NCBI GenBank assembly: GCA_002269645.1
Contig: NIVC01000886.1
Span: forward strand, 248,001-312,000
From: Macrostomum lignano
Lineage: Eukaryota
DNA length: 64,000 nt
Direction of reading: 5' to 3'
Shown here: positions 23,372 through 35,117 of the stretch, piece by piece
Position numbering within the stretch: position 1 is the stretch's first letter
Layout: every line of letters starts with the position of its first letter
Made by a program: the position numbers and the translations under genes
The notes under the pieces: generated by a model
Database searches by the model: none
What the model was told of the DNA's origin: nothing
Seen by the model: only the letters and a program-made list of their open reading frames with translations

Positions 23372-24622
23372 CCTGCTCCACTGGCATCCAGCAGACGCAG
23401 CACCTGCCGCTGCTCAAATCGCTGTGCCACCTGCGCACACGTCAGACCCCGACCGTCTCGATGACTCGCATCCGCTCCTCTGTCCTTCAGTGCCTTGGCT
23501 GCTCGCACGTGACCGGCTTCGCACGCTCGTGACAGAGCAGTCCGACCCTGACTGTCTTCAGCACCCAATGACGCACCGAGATCGATGAGTTTCTCAATGA
23601 GCTCGTGATGACCTGCATCAGCTGCCAGCATGAGAGCAGTGGCTCCAGTGCTGTCTGGCAGATCGACATGCTCTGTGCTGACTCGCTCACCATTGATCAG
23701 TGTGACAGCAAGAGCGACGTGTCTTTGAGAGATGGAGAGACGGAGCAGCTGTGTGATGCGAGCTGGCTGCATTCGTGAGAGGGTTTCGGTGAGAACAGAG
23801 TTCCTGCCTTCGATGGCTTTTGCTGCAGTGAAGCTGAGGATGGTGTTGGATTGGAAGAGCCAGTCGGGCTCGAGGCCGAGGGAGGCAACGACATCCTCGC
23901 GAAGACGAGAGCAAGCCGCGACAGCGCATTCAAAACGGAGATTCGCTTTGTTATCCGGACTTGATAGACTCGAAATTAGGAACTTTACGACTTTTCCTTG
24001 ATTCGATTCTGTAGCAGCAGATTTGGCAGCGTCGATGCAGCACTGATCTCTGTTTGTTTGGTCAGCGACTTGTGGGACCAGAAATTTTACGATTTCTAAG
24101 TGACCATTGCATGCCGCTTTTTCCGCAGCTTTGATACAGCAGCGATCTCTTTTTGGTTGGTCAGCGACTGTGTGGACGAGAAACTTGACGAGTTCTAAGT
24201 GACCATTTCTTGCAGCAGATTTGGCAGCTTGGATGCAGCAGCGATCTCTTTCTTCTTGGTCAGTGACTGCATGGATGAGAAACTTAACGTCTTCCAAGCG
24301 ACCATTTTTTGCAGCTTTTTTAGTTGGCGAGACGTGATTGAATGCACATGGGTATACTGTATTGTATTGTAATTGTACGTCTTCGCTGATCATCCTCCTG
24401 GAGCCACTGGAGATTACACGACGCCAGCTTGTGCCAGGAGCCAGGAGAGAGTCGTCTGAAAGTCTGGTGGAATGATCCGAGATGCGTGTGGGAGATTTGC
24501 TTAGAGTTGGATAGACAGAAAAACCAGGAGAGCTGAGAGTGCAGCTGCTGCATCACTCCATAAGTCTATCCCAATCTCAGCCTTCTTGAGTTTAGCCGAA
24601 ATTTCTGCCCTAAGCTGCCAGC
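23372..24622 (-). CDS. Ankyrin-repeat exon (open frame 23368-24393), probably the N-terminal part of the cGLR gene; three +1 frame offsets
   Basis: Four ~33-aa AAxNGHLExVKFL repeats plus canonical GATALMLAADAGH and GRTALSRACEAGH repeats; first ~40 codons paralogous to the NTase exon; GTGAGT donor at 23371. Confidence 0.8.
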
Positions 24623-24671
24623 CTGTTGGAAGGCGCAATGCGGCAGTGAAAGCCGAACTGGTCAGACTCAC

Positions 24672-24725
24672 CTATGGAGGCTCGAATCCGAGCGGTGAGC
24701 GGCTGTCTGCCGGGCCTCAGGGCTT
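24672..24725 (-). CDS. 54-nt linker micro-exon, copy 1 (ALRPGRQPLTARIRASI)
   Basis: TTGCAG/GTGAGT boundaries; followed by a 49-nt intron, as in copy 2. Confidence 0.6.
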
Positions 24726-25429
24726 CTGCAATGCGGGAAGAAAAATTAGGTGTGATGGATTGAACTTTGAAGGCATAAACTGGCTTGCTCTGATTTGGCC
24801 ATACTTTGGCGCTGCAATTAGAAAATTATAATTGGCCTCAAAATAGTCAAAACACTCTTAGAATGCATCACTCGTGTCGTCCTGCACGAACATCAAAATT
24901 AAAAAATCGGCTTTCACAAAATTTCGCGAGTGTAGCGTCCTGATGTACTGCTACGAGCGTACGAGTAGTTATTGTTGTCAGAATTAACTTGCACGAAGTG
25001 GTTAAACAACGATATTAATTGTTTTGAATGTGTCTTGTTTCAGCAATAGTACAATTACCAATAATTACTTCGTTCTAGGATTCTATGATGCTTAAAACGT
25101 GCTTTTTAACTTGAAAGGTAAAACCACATGATCTATAGGATCATCTCATTTTTACCTTTTTATAACTAATTGTGATACGAGTATTTTGGTGAAACTTTTG
25201 CGCTGTTGTGAAATATTTAGTGTTAAATTGGCTGTTTGGCACCTTAAATTTAATTTTCAACACAAAATTCTCTCTATTATCTGAACGCACCCAATACTCC
25301 CACAGCTCCTAGTGCACCTCAGTTTATGCAGAAGAATCTTACCTCGTCATTACTTGTAACTCTCAACAACAACAACAACAGCATGGTCTTCGGGATGGTC
25401 TTCGGGATGGTCTTCGGGATGGTCTTCGT

Positions 25430-25546
25430 CAGCGTATTGGTTTGATGGAGTTGGAAGCCCTCAGGAAGGAGAACATGGTGGTGAGGTTCCTAAGGGCGGC
25501 CCACCCGCAGTGGATCGCCTGATGGTTCCGGGCCGAGGACACACAC

Positions 25547-25585
<39 letters not shown>

Positions 25586-25600
25586 ACAACAACAACAACC

Positions 25601-25655
<55 letters not shown>
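25430..25655 (+). mobile_element. Possible 5'-truncated LINE 3' end with (CAA)n tail
   Basis: Short frame LMELEALRKENMVVRFLRAAHPQWIA* then ~35 CAA units; resembles I/Ingi-group ORF2 C-termini from memory only; no TSD found. Confidence 0.35.
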
Positions 25656-26848
25656 ACGTATAGTAGGTTGGGAATTTTTAGAGTTATAAGCTGACGTTGT
25701 TAATTTTGCGATATCTTTGGGGCGTAATGAATTTGTACGAGCTATAGAATTTATGGGATTATGTAAGAAGGTCTTCGAAGTAAGTCGACCCTTTTTATAG
25801 ACTTTTTTAGAATAATATAGAGAATAATCCGAGCATAGATAAATAGCAATTTATTGGGAAGTCAAAAAACTCAGAAGCCCCCTCATGCCTTCTACTGGAG
25901 AGATTAGAGGTGATACTACGAGTGAAATAAGGGTGATAAGAGAGAGTGGAGAGGAAAGAGGGAAAGATGAGAGATGAGCGAAGATACAGAATGGAAAGGA
26001 GAGCACTGCTATGCTATATGATGCTGCACTATCATATTTTCAATATCTGTCGAAGCACTGCACTCTTAAGACTGCAAGACTATTCTAATTTGGCATGTCA
26101 ATCCAGAAAATCTCCATAGTCTTATTTAAAAAGAAGATGCTAAGCAAAATCAGTTTAAAGCTTAGTCGTGAACAAAAGAAAGTGCACTTACTGGTATGCT
26201 GGTCAGACTGAAGGAATTATAATTGGCAAGATCAGGCTTGCAGGAGCAAAGCAGAGGCAAGGCAGGCATATAAAGTCTATGGAGTCGACGATACAAGAGC
26301 AGCAGAGTTGGGCCGGGTTTACAGTTCCCCTCAAAAGAAAGAAAGATCCAGAGTGGAAAGCACGAAAGACAACCATGCACACTGAGGACTCATTTGTCAT
26401 GCGATGGTCCGCAAATACGAGTAAAGCTGGCGCGGAGAGTAGTTGATCATAGCTCATACGAGCTACATCGATCGAGGACTGCTATTGCGCCAAGGCGCCA
26501 CTCTGCTAGGCTGGCTGTCTGATCTGCCCTGTCTACTCCGCGAGCTCTCCTAAACTGCGGAGCCACTTTTCTTCATTATCTGCAAAGGCAAACTATATGC
26601 GAATCTGCTGCTGATGAGCAAGATTATCGATGGCGATTGTTTTGAGGGTTGCGATAACATTTAAAGTGATTCTACATTATTAAATTTAATTTTGCCCGAC
26701 ATAACTGCAATCTTGAGTTCATCTAGGTAAATACTGATGAGGTTTACATACATGCAGCTGAATATATAAAAACAAACAACCTAGCTTAATTACTAAGGCA
26801 AATTTTAATAATTTTCAACAAAAAACTTACAGGCGGATTCGAGAGCAC

Positions 26849-27475
26849 AGCACCAAGGGGCGCCAGCACCAAGGGGCGCCAGCACCAAGGGGCGCCAGCA
26901 CCAAGGGGCGCCAGCACCAAGGGGCGCCAGCACCAAGGGGCGCCAGAACCAAGGGGCGCCAGCACCAAGGGGCGCCAGCACCAAGGGGCGCCAGCACCAA
27001 GGGGCGCCAGCACCAAGGGGCGCCAGCACCAAGGGGCGCCAGCACCAAGGGGCGCCAGCACCAAGGGGCGCCAGCACCAAGGGGCGCCAGCACCAAGGGG
27101 CGCCAGCACCAAGGGGCGCCAGCACCAAGGGGCGCCAGCACCAAGGGGCGCCAGCACCAAGGGGCGCCAGCACCAAGGGGCGCCAGCACCAAGGGGCGCC
27201 AGCACCAAGGGGCGCCAGCACCAAGGGGCGCCAGCATCAAGGGGCGCCAGCACCAAGGGGCGCCAGCACCAAGGGGCGCCAGCACCAAGGGGCGCCAGCA
27301 CCAAGGGGCGCCAGCACCAAGGGGCGCCAACACCAAGGGGCGCCAGCACCAAGGGGCGCCAGCACCAAGGGGCGCCAGCACCAAGGGGCGCCAGCACCAA
27401 GGGGCGCCAGCACCAAGGGGCGCCAGCACCAAGGGGCGCCAGCACCAAGGGGCGCCAGCACCAAGGGGCGCCAGT
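26849..27475. repeat. 16-bp minisatellite (AGCACCAAGGGGCGCC)
   Basis: About 39 copies with only 3 variant bases seen. Confidence 0.97.
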
Positions 27476-27914
27476 TACCTGCAGCTGGGCTAACATTAAT
27501 CGTTTTTTTCTATCTCATCTGCGCATTTTTTGTGTGGTAGCTGTTTTAGCTTTTATGCTTGCGTGTGTGTGTGCACATTTCGCAAATAGTGGCATCATTA
27601 ATAATTTACGAGCTAGGTCTCATTGCGGCCTCTGTCGCCAGGCGCGGCGGGAGAAGAAAGAAGGTGGGCAACACGGGGCAAACTCAGATGTTGTTTTAGA
27701 CGGAGAAGCCTAATGGAGAATAATTACTAGATGATGTAATTATTTAATTGACATACCCTAGGCTGCATAAAAACACGTATACAACCCCAAGGTTCTGGTG
27801 CTGTTAAAGGTATTGTAGCCACCAGGCCTCGTTCCCTAAGAATTTATTGTTCGCCTATCTGCGCGATGAGTTAATTTTTAGAACGGAGATAATAGGTTAC
27901 GAATATATTATGAG

Positions 27915-28370
27915 TCATGACGGAATATATAGATTGTGAGCATTGGGGGAGACCAGGATGACGACGTCGATACCCAAGGGCAGCGCAACAGAGGATTGAA
28001 ACGGAAGCGACAAGAAAGAATCACAAGAAATGGTGCACGGGAGGCAGGACGGAAGGCACAAGAAGAGAGTGTAACAACTGTAAAACGTGGATCAGTAAGA
28101 CTAACTACGCAAGACACAGGAAGAAGTGCGCGGAGGAGCCCCATGCAAGGGAAGGACCGAGGACGAACGACGAAGCGGCGAGAACGATAGCAAGGATCCA
28201 CAAAAGGAAGAGAGCAGAATGTCGATACTGTAAGAGATGGCTGTCAGCAACCAACATGGCACGGCACGAGAGAGCATGCGGCGAGTAACAGAAGAAGAGG
28301 AAACGTCCGAGACACAGGGTGCCACCTACGCCGGGAGGCGAAAAAAAGGTGGAAGAAGAAGAAGAAGAGA
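27915..28370 (+). mobile_element. 3' fragment of a non-LTR retrotransposon with two CCHC zinc fingers and a (GAA)n tail
   Basis: ATG-less frame 27962-28288 encodes CNNCKTWISKTNYARHRKKC and CRYCKRWLSATNMARHERAC, then a short UTR and GAAGAAGAAGAAGAAG. Confidence 0.6.
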
Positions 28371-28380
28371 ACAGAGGATT

Positions 28381-28726
28381 GAAGAATGTCTTAACAGACT
28401 CGGCCGACGGGCAGGGCTGCTTAATTAGCGTAGTGATCGTCGGATGGTCACGGCGGCGACTGCAGTACATCACACGGGCGATCGAACTCTCGGATTTTTG
28501 TGGGTGTTAGTGGAAGTCGCAAACGATGAGTAAGGAAAGACTAGTTAGTGGTGCATGGCCATGCTCAATGAGAAATCATGATCAAAATGTCTCTGCATTG
28601 TGCAACTTATATAAAGACAGTCTCAGCGACTGTCTGGAACAGCTAAGTCGCCGCCGTGACCATCCGACAACCACCGCGCCAATTAAGCAGCCCTGCTCGT
28701 CGGCCGCGTCTTGTTAAGATATTCTT
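28381..28726. mobile_element. MITE/foldback with ~80-bp imperfect terminal inverted repeats
   Basis: 28381-28461 is the reverse complement of 28646-28726. Confidence 0.75.
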
Positions 28727-28957
28727 CCTCTGCTGCCCTGCCCTTGGGTAGCCTGGTCTCCTTCATTGCTCACCATTTAATATTCCGTCTTAACCCAAAT
28801 TACCTACATGTACTTTGGTCTTCTGCACGTTCGGCGCGCGTGTCCGCTGCCACCGTCGGACCATCCGCCGCATCATCGAGGAAGGCGCGCATCCACGTGC
28901 AGGCAGTTTGTGCGCATGCAGGCAATAATAATTGTTGTCGTGCTATCTCTATTGAAA

Positions 28958-29199
28958 TACATGGTGGCCCACGTAACGCGCCTGATTTAAAGCGTTAATT
29001 AAATAACTTTTTTCATTCGCTACCAATGTTGACAAAATTTTAACACAACGTTGCCAGCTCTTGCTGTGCAAACTCTAGGCTATTCTCCAAATCCTCCTCG
29101 TGCAACGCCTGCACCACCTGCATCTAAAGCCGTGCAGGATGCGCTGGACGGTGCTACGGCTTTAATTCTCAGGCGCGTTGTACGTGGGCTACCCTGTAC
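28958..29199. repeat. Degenerate foldback with ~36-40 bp arms
   Basis: TACATGGTGGCCCACGTAACGCGCCTGATTTAAAGC versus GCTTTAATTCTCAGGCGCGTTGTACGTGGGCTACCCTGTA. Confidence 0.55.
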
Positions 29200-29449
29200 A
29201 TGTATATAGAACCGATCGATATTTTGATGAGGACCCACCTTTTTTCAATCTTAGAACCGCACTTTTTGCTTCGATGCGCTCTTCCCCCACTGTCAGTAGG
29301 CTAGTTTGGGAATTTCTCTCTGTTCTCTCACCTAGGCTAAGTTCTATACTAATTTATAACATTTATAATTAATTTGTAACTATTAATTATCTTATATACT
29401 CAATGTACTTACCTTAGGATTCTAATTTTGGATTGTTTACGCATCTTTG

Positions 29450-31075
29450 AAGGTCAGACTGTCTGGGTTAGAGACGGATTGACCTCTAACAGTCTAGACA
29501 GGCGACACTACCAGGTAAGTCTGGGAGGAATGTTTTCAACCCCATTCTGACCCCCAGATTTGCGGCTTTTTCACTGTTTTCAGTGATTTATGGCGGTCTA
29601 GCTGTCACTTTTGGCTTCAGCCTGTCTGGGTCAAAGAGGTCTTTCCAGCTTTTTCCCCACTCGCTCTGTTACTTTCTCCTTTGATTTATGGGCGTTTTGC
29701 TGTCACTTTTGGCGCCAGGGTATCTAGACAAGGGACTTTTATTGCGTTTTGCTCATGATTTATGACCGCACCTGTCAACTTTCCTGGGGTCTGAAGGCCA
29801 CCTGGCAGGGTGGGTTTTGGGGTTTTGAGCTCAGCCAATCAGAGTCGACCTGACTGCCCTCGGCTCGACCAATCAGAAAATTCGGCGCTTATTTCAACAA
29901 AAGATCTTAGCCAATCAAAAAATTCGGCGTGCGTTATAACAAATCGGCCGCGTGAGAGCTATAAAACGCGGCAACTCGAACCGCGCTCGAAATAACGGGT
30001 AGTTGTCCCTACCTTGGCCTTGGCCAGACCTGCCGACCTGATCCCCTTCGGCTTCTGCAGCGTCTTCGACGTCTGATCCCCCTTCCCCCGGCAGTTTCGG
30101 CTTCACCAGCTAAGTTCCCTTGAGAGGTTTCACCAGTACTTCTCGGCCGTGAACAAAGGGCAGCAACGACAACCGGCAGGTGAAGAGTACCGGCGGCACT
30201 CGTCAGTCAAGATCAGCAGCATCCCGTCTGAGCGTTTCGGTCTCTGTGGAATCCTTGGCTACCGGCAGATAGGTCCTCTGATTGGTTGGGTAAGAGGCTT
30301 TCTTGACCTGCTAAACTGGGTGCGCCCTTTGTCTGACCCCTTCCTAGGTAGTCTGATAGGATTTGCACTTTTACTTACTTGCTTTTGTGTGCCAATCTCG
30401 AGGCAGAAGTGTCAGTAAATATTAAAAGTAGCCATTCGCTCTAACTCAATCTAAAGTGTCAAGGATTGCGGATTAAATGAGAAAGTTTAATCTAAAAGTT
30501 AAAGATTTAATATTTTCTTTCTTTTCCGCAATGCCAGCTGAGATGAGCAGCTAGATCTAGGGGCAGGGGTCACAGTGGACCGGAAGCGGCGCAGTTCCCA
30601 GTCAATCAGTCGATCTAAGAAAACATGATAAAGCATGCAAATTAAGTGCCAGACTGGTGCTTTCGCGCGGTCTCAGGCAGCTAAGCGGCTAAAGTAAGTT
30701 AAATATTAGTCTAAAGATCTCCGAAAGTGACAATACATCTACATCATCGCTATCTGGCGACGTGTTAAATTAGTGCCAAAAGCGTGCAGTCACGTGTACT
30801 GATACATGTACTTCTGGGAATTTGGTAATGAAATAGTACATTTAGTAGTGTATAGAGGCTCGCCAGCGCAAGAATCCCCTGCAAAAGTCCTCTCTGTCCC
30901 TGCATGGCCAATGCGATCTTAGTCCCAGCAGCGTCCCTTCTATTCGGCTATGACTTCGAGATTTAGACAGCTAAAAGACACTAGGTGGCAGGAAAGTGCA
31001 GTGTCCCTCTAGTCGGAAGTCCGATTTCGATAGCTCCGGTTTGGTGAGCCAGGGCGCACGGACTGGTGGCAGCGG
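29450..31075 (+). mobile_element. LTR-like element: U3 repeats, CCAAT x3, TATA, ATTAAA, then tRNA-Leu-type PBS; no internal ORF
   Basis: Three ~35-bp GATTTATG...CTGTCA repeats (29586-29790); CCAAT at 29835, 29869, 29911; TATAAAA at 29960; ATTAAA at 30421; ACTGGTGGCAGCGG at 31062-31075. Boundaries uncertain. Confidence 0.5.
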
Positions 31076-32629
31076 GTTAGTTAATCTGCGGATTAGCTAA
31101 TCTCTTACCTATCAAATTCTCCCTGCTTGTCTCTCGCTGTCTCCTCTTTAGCTATAGGACCTTGCTGCTCGCCCACAATCTAGCTAACATGGGGCTGACC
31201 ATCTGACAGAAGTGAGAGGCCAGAGTTCTAAGTGATTCATTTCTGAGTTCTGAGGCCCGAAGCTATAGGCTTAAAAGGCCGAACCCATCAATTTCATTCA
31301 TTAATTGGCTGTTGCTGCTAAAAGTACTTTTCAGCATTTTTCTAAAGTCCGATAAGCGTTGTTGATATATGCAGGGTATGTAGATGAAAAATAATCACAT
31401 ATGTTTTTATAATTACCGCCGTGTACTGTGCGACATCAATAAAAGCTGCAGAAAATCTGTTTTTGTATGCCTCATGTAAATTATCTAGAATTATTGTTAA
31501 AATATTCATGCACATACGTATTATTCTAGCTTCATTCCTCCGGAGGGCCAAAGTCAGATTTGTCAGAAAAAATGTGTCAGACTTTACATGCAATGTACAT
31601 GTTAATACAACATTAATCCATCATTCCTTTTTAATTTTTATCTTATCTATGCATTGTTTGCGAATGATGACCACATAATTGGGCCGTTTTAGTCTATACT
31701 CGTGTGTACATTTGTGTGTTTATATGATCTCGGCCGATAAAGTGTGTGTACCATGAACACAAACGCTGCGTGTTCAAATTTAAAATCTTATTTATTGTAA
31801 ACGAAATCATTTCAAACAAATATTCTTTAGGATTTAGGATTCAATTTTACAGTATTGCAATAAGTTTATTACAATAATATAATAAAACTTTAATATTTTA
31901 ATAGTATACGTACAAAAGCATACTATATTTCTAACTCTGGCACCAATACGAATTGAAAGAAATGGCGCAAAAAATGGTAATCGTAAGTTGTCGTCAGACT
32001 TACTTGAAAGTTGAAAATTGTTCAACAAGACGCTTCCTAGCTCTCGCTACATCTGTATACTCTAAGCTAAATTGAAGTATTATAGCTGAATTTTGTCTGA
32101 GGCCTATATCGAACAAAATACTTGCTTGGTATCCGCCATGCAGTTAATATTTAATTTATTAATAGTTTTGATCATGGCCATGGTCTTCATAACTTTCAGT
32201 TAACTAGGGCTAGGGCTAGGTTAAATTTGAAATTATGTAATATTAAGAAGCGCAGCTGCAGCCGAAGGTCTATTTCCTAGGCTAGTGTCTTAAAGGTGCT
32301 TATTATAGTAACCATAAATTTTAGCATAATTGGGACCTACTCTTTCCAATAACAAGCAAAGAACTGAGAATAGATTAAATAAAAATTGCAATGTTATTCA
32401 CTTATTCTGTAGCCCTAATGGCTAGGCCTACTACAACCTGTCAGTAAATAATTAGGCATATGACTTTTTCTGTTTGACTTCTGTTTGACTTCTATTCTAG
32501 TCAATCCGGCAACAAGAGAATCCTGGGTTTTTTTTTTCGCCAGAGATAAGGTGCGAAATCGCACCTTGTGCCAAATTTCAAGGTGCGATTTTAAGGCTCA
32601 GAGTGCAATTTCTCTTGAGTCTTGTTTAG

Positions 32630-35117
32630 AATGTGAGGGTTTCACAAGAGATATTCAGACAGACATTCGAAACGATCGTCTATAACTTTAAACAAAATTG
32701 ACCCGCTTCAACCATCTTTTTGGCAAATACTTACGCAAGTGTTGGGCATCGAATAAGCTTTAATTTATTAACTGAAGTAAAAATCCTTCTGACATACATT
32801 GATTTAAAAATTGCTTAGCAACACTAGCTCTGATTAGAAATCGCTTTACTGTTGACTAAAATTGTTTTGATTGTAGCAGCCTAAAAGCAGATACTGGATT
32901 TAAAAATGCTTCGATTTACTCTATACGCATGTCTCAGCTTTAAAATGACACCTCAGGCGTCGCAAAAGACAGCTTTGATGCTGAGATATTCGACACTAAA
33001 CATGCATTGCTTTGCGCAATCTCACATTCAGAAATTTCACTGATTTTTTGTCGATATTTGTGCAGCTGCCGTGTCCTTGTTTTTCATCAGAAACTTGTCA
33101 AATTCTAGTCATGTCTAGTTTAAACCTGGACTTCTCTTAAACTGTCTTAAGTATTTGATTTTTAATGATTCCTGCCTTTATATTGCATAGATTGTACCTG
33201 AGTCAGTGAGTCTGTGAGTGTACATTTGTACATATGGCAACCAATCATGACTTTTTCACCGCTTTGCGGTTCAAATAAATATACGAGTGTACGAGAAACA
33301 TGTTCCAACTGTTATTAAGAGAAATTGACGTCGCGTTTATTAACAGTCAGTGGCAATTAATATGAAGCAAATAGTTTATTGTTATGTTTTTACTTTTTTT
33401 GCGTGGCAATTCTGCTATCCAAATCCGAATGAGGTAAGCGGTGGGAATAAAATAAAAAGGAAGAATTTTTTCTACTGTTGTTGCAACCCAATAGCTATAT
33501 GTACTTCAAACTTTTTAGATTGAACAGGCGATTTCTAATGTACTGCTAAGCTTTCCAATCCCTACAGACTACAGTAGCAGTTCTTAACTTTTTTTCTGTC
33601 TTGACTTCTAGACTCGGAATTTGGAACAACCTAAGGAGCCGCATGAAAATATTTAATTGGATAAAGATATTTTCTAAAAACAGCTCAAGTCGTGACACAT
33701 CTTCTTCTCACCTCAGTCCATCAACTGCTGCTCCTTCTGAGACCAAAGCGATCGTGAAAGTAAAACAGATCAGTTTAGATCCCATGGCCATGAATACAAA
33801 CATTTCAATTGTGAACCTGCTTTGCTTACAAGTACGAGCACTAGCCTTCCATTTGATGCCATTAGCTCACTTAACTCTGAAATAGTTCAAGGACGGTTCC
33901 AAATGTTGAGATCTGACGTAGAAGCAGTCCAATTTGTGGAAATTTATCAACTGGACTCCATGAATCACTCCAATGAAAGGCGGCGAATAGCTGCAGAATG
34001 CGTAAACAAGTTTAAGTGAGTCACAAAAACCCCATTTACTGTAACTACATACACTTGTACGTTAGCAAGGCTCCATGCGATGGTTAATAAATGAAGAAGT
34101 AGACAAGCATCTGAACAAATATTGAATAAAAATCAGTGAAGTTTCCGAATGTGAGTTTGAGCAAAGCAATGTTTAGTGTCGAATATCTCAGTATCAAAGC
34201 TGTCTTTTGCAACGCCTGAGGTGTCATTTTAAAGCTGAGACATGCGTATAGACATGACTAGAATTTGACAAGATTCTGATGAAAAACAAGGACATGGCAA
34301 CTACACAAATATCGACAAAAAATCAGTGAAATTTCTGAATGTGAGATTGCGCAAAGCAATGCATGTTTAGTGTTGAATATCTCAGCATCAAAGCTGTCTT
34401 TTGCGACGCCTGGGGTGTCATTTTAAAGCTGAGACATGCGTATAGAGTAAATCGAAGCATTTTTAAATCCAGTATCTGCTTTTAGGCTGCTACGATCAAA
34501 ACAATTTTAGTCAATAGTAAAGCGATTTCTAATCAGAGCTAGTGTTGCTAAGCAATTTTTAAATCAATGTATGTCAGAAGGATTTTTACTTCAGTTAATA
34601 AATTAAAGCTTATTCGACGCCCAACACTTGCGTAAGTATTTGCCAAAAAGATGGTTGAAGCGGGTCAATTTTGTTTGAAGTTACAGACAATCATTTTGAA
34701 TGTCTGTCTGAATGGGTCTCCCTAAAACACGCCCGCACCGCCCTGCAGCGCTACACATTAAAACAAATTGGACTATAACTAAAGACACTTCAGAATGTGT
34801 TTTCTGTTAAGCTTCAAGTTTTTATTAAATTTAGTTTTTTTTACTTTGAAATATAAAATTCGGTGAACAATAAGTGATATTAATAATAATATTAATAAAA
34901 TAATAATATTATAATTTAATAATGAAAACGAGAATATAAAAAATAATAATATTTAAAAAAATAAATAAAGATATTTATTCCATTACTATTTTAACTTTTC
35001 CTTGCAATCAAATACTGCATTGACAAAAAATGTTATAATGTGTAGCAGTTTGGGGCCCGGTGCGGGGCGTGTTTTAGGGAGCCTTTGTCTGAATATCTCT
35101 CGTGAAACCCTCACATT
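32630..35117. repeat. Long foldback with ~480-bp inverted arms and ~1.1-kb spacer
   Basis: 32630-33118 is the reverse complement of 34249-34713 plus 35095-35117; partial tandem copy of the arm at ~34130-34250. Confidence 0.85.
34714..35085. mobile_element. 372-bp MITE with 9-bp TSD (Mutator-like)
   Basis: TSD TGTCTGAAT at 34705-34713 and 35086-35094; TIR CTCCCTAAAACACGCCC-GCACCG; empty site visible in the left foldback arm. Confidence 0.8.

Noticed and set aside
26168-26650. GC-moderate stretch with short ORFs upstream of the ANK exon
   Set aside because: No recognisable domain or consistent splice phases.
26786-27496. 139-236 aa ORFs
   Set aside because: Translation of the 16-bp repeat.
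33601-34019. Two overlapping short frames in the foldback spacer
   Set aside because: No transposase or host motif recognised; could be a captured fragment but unsupported.
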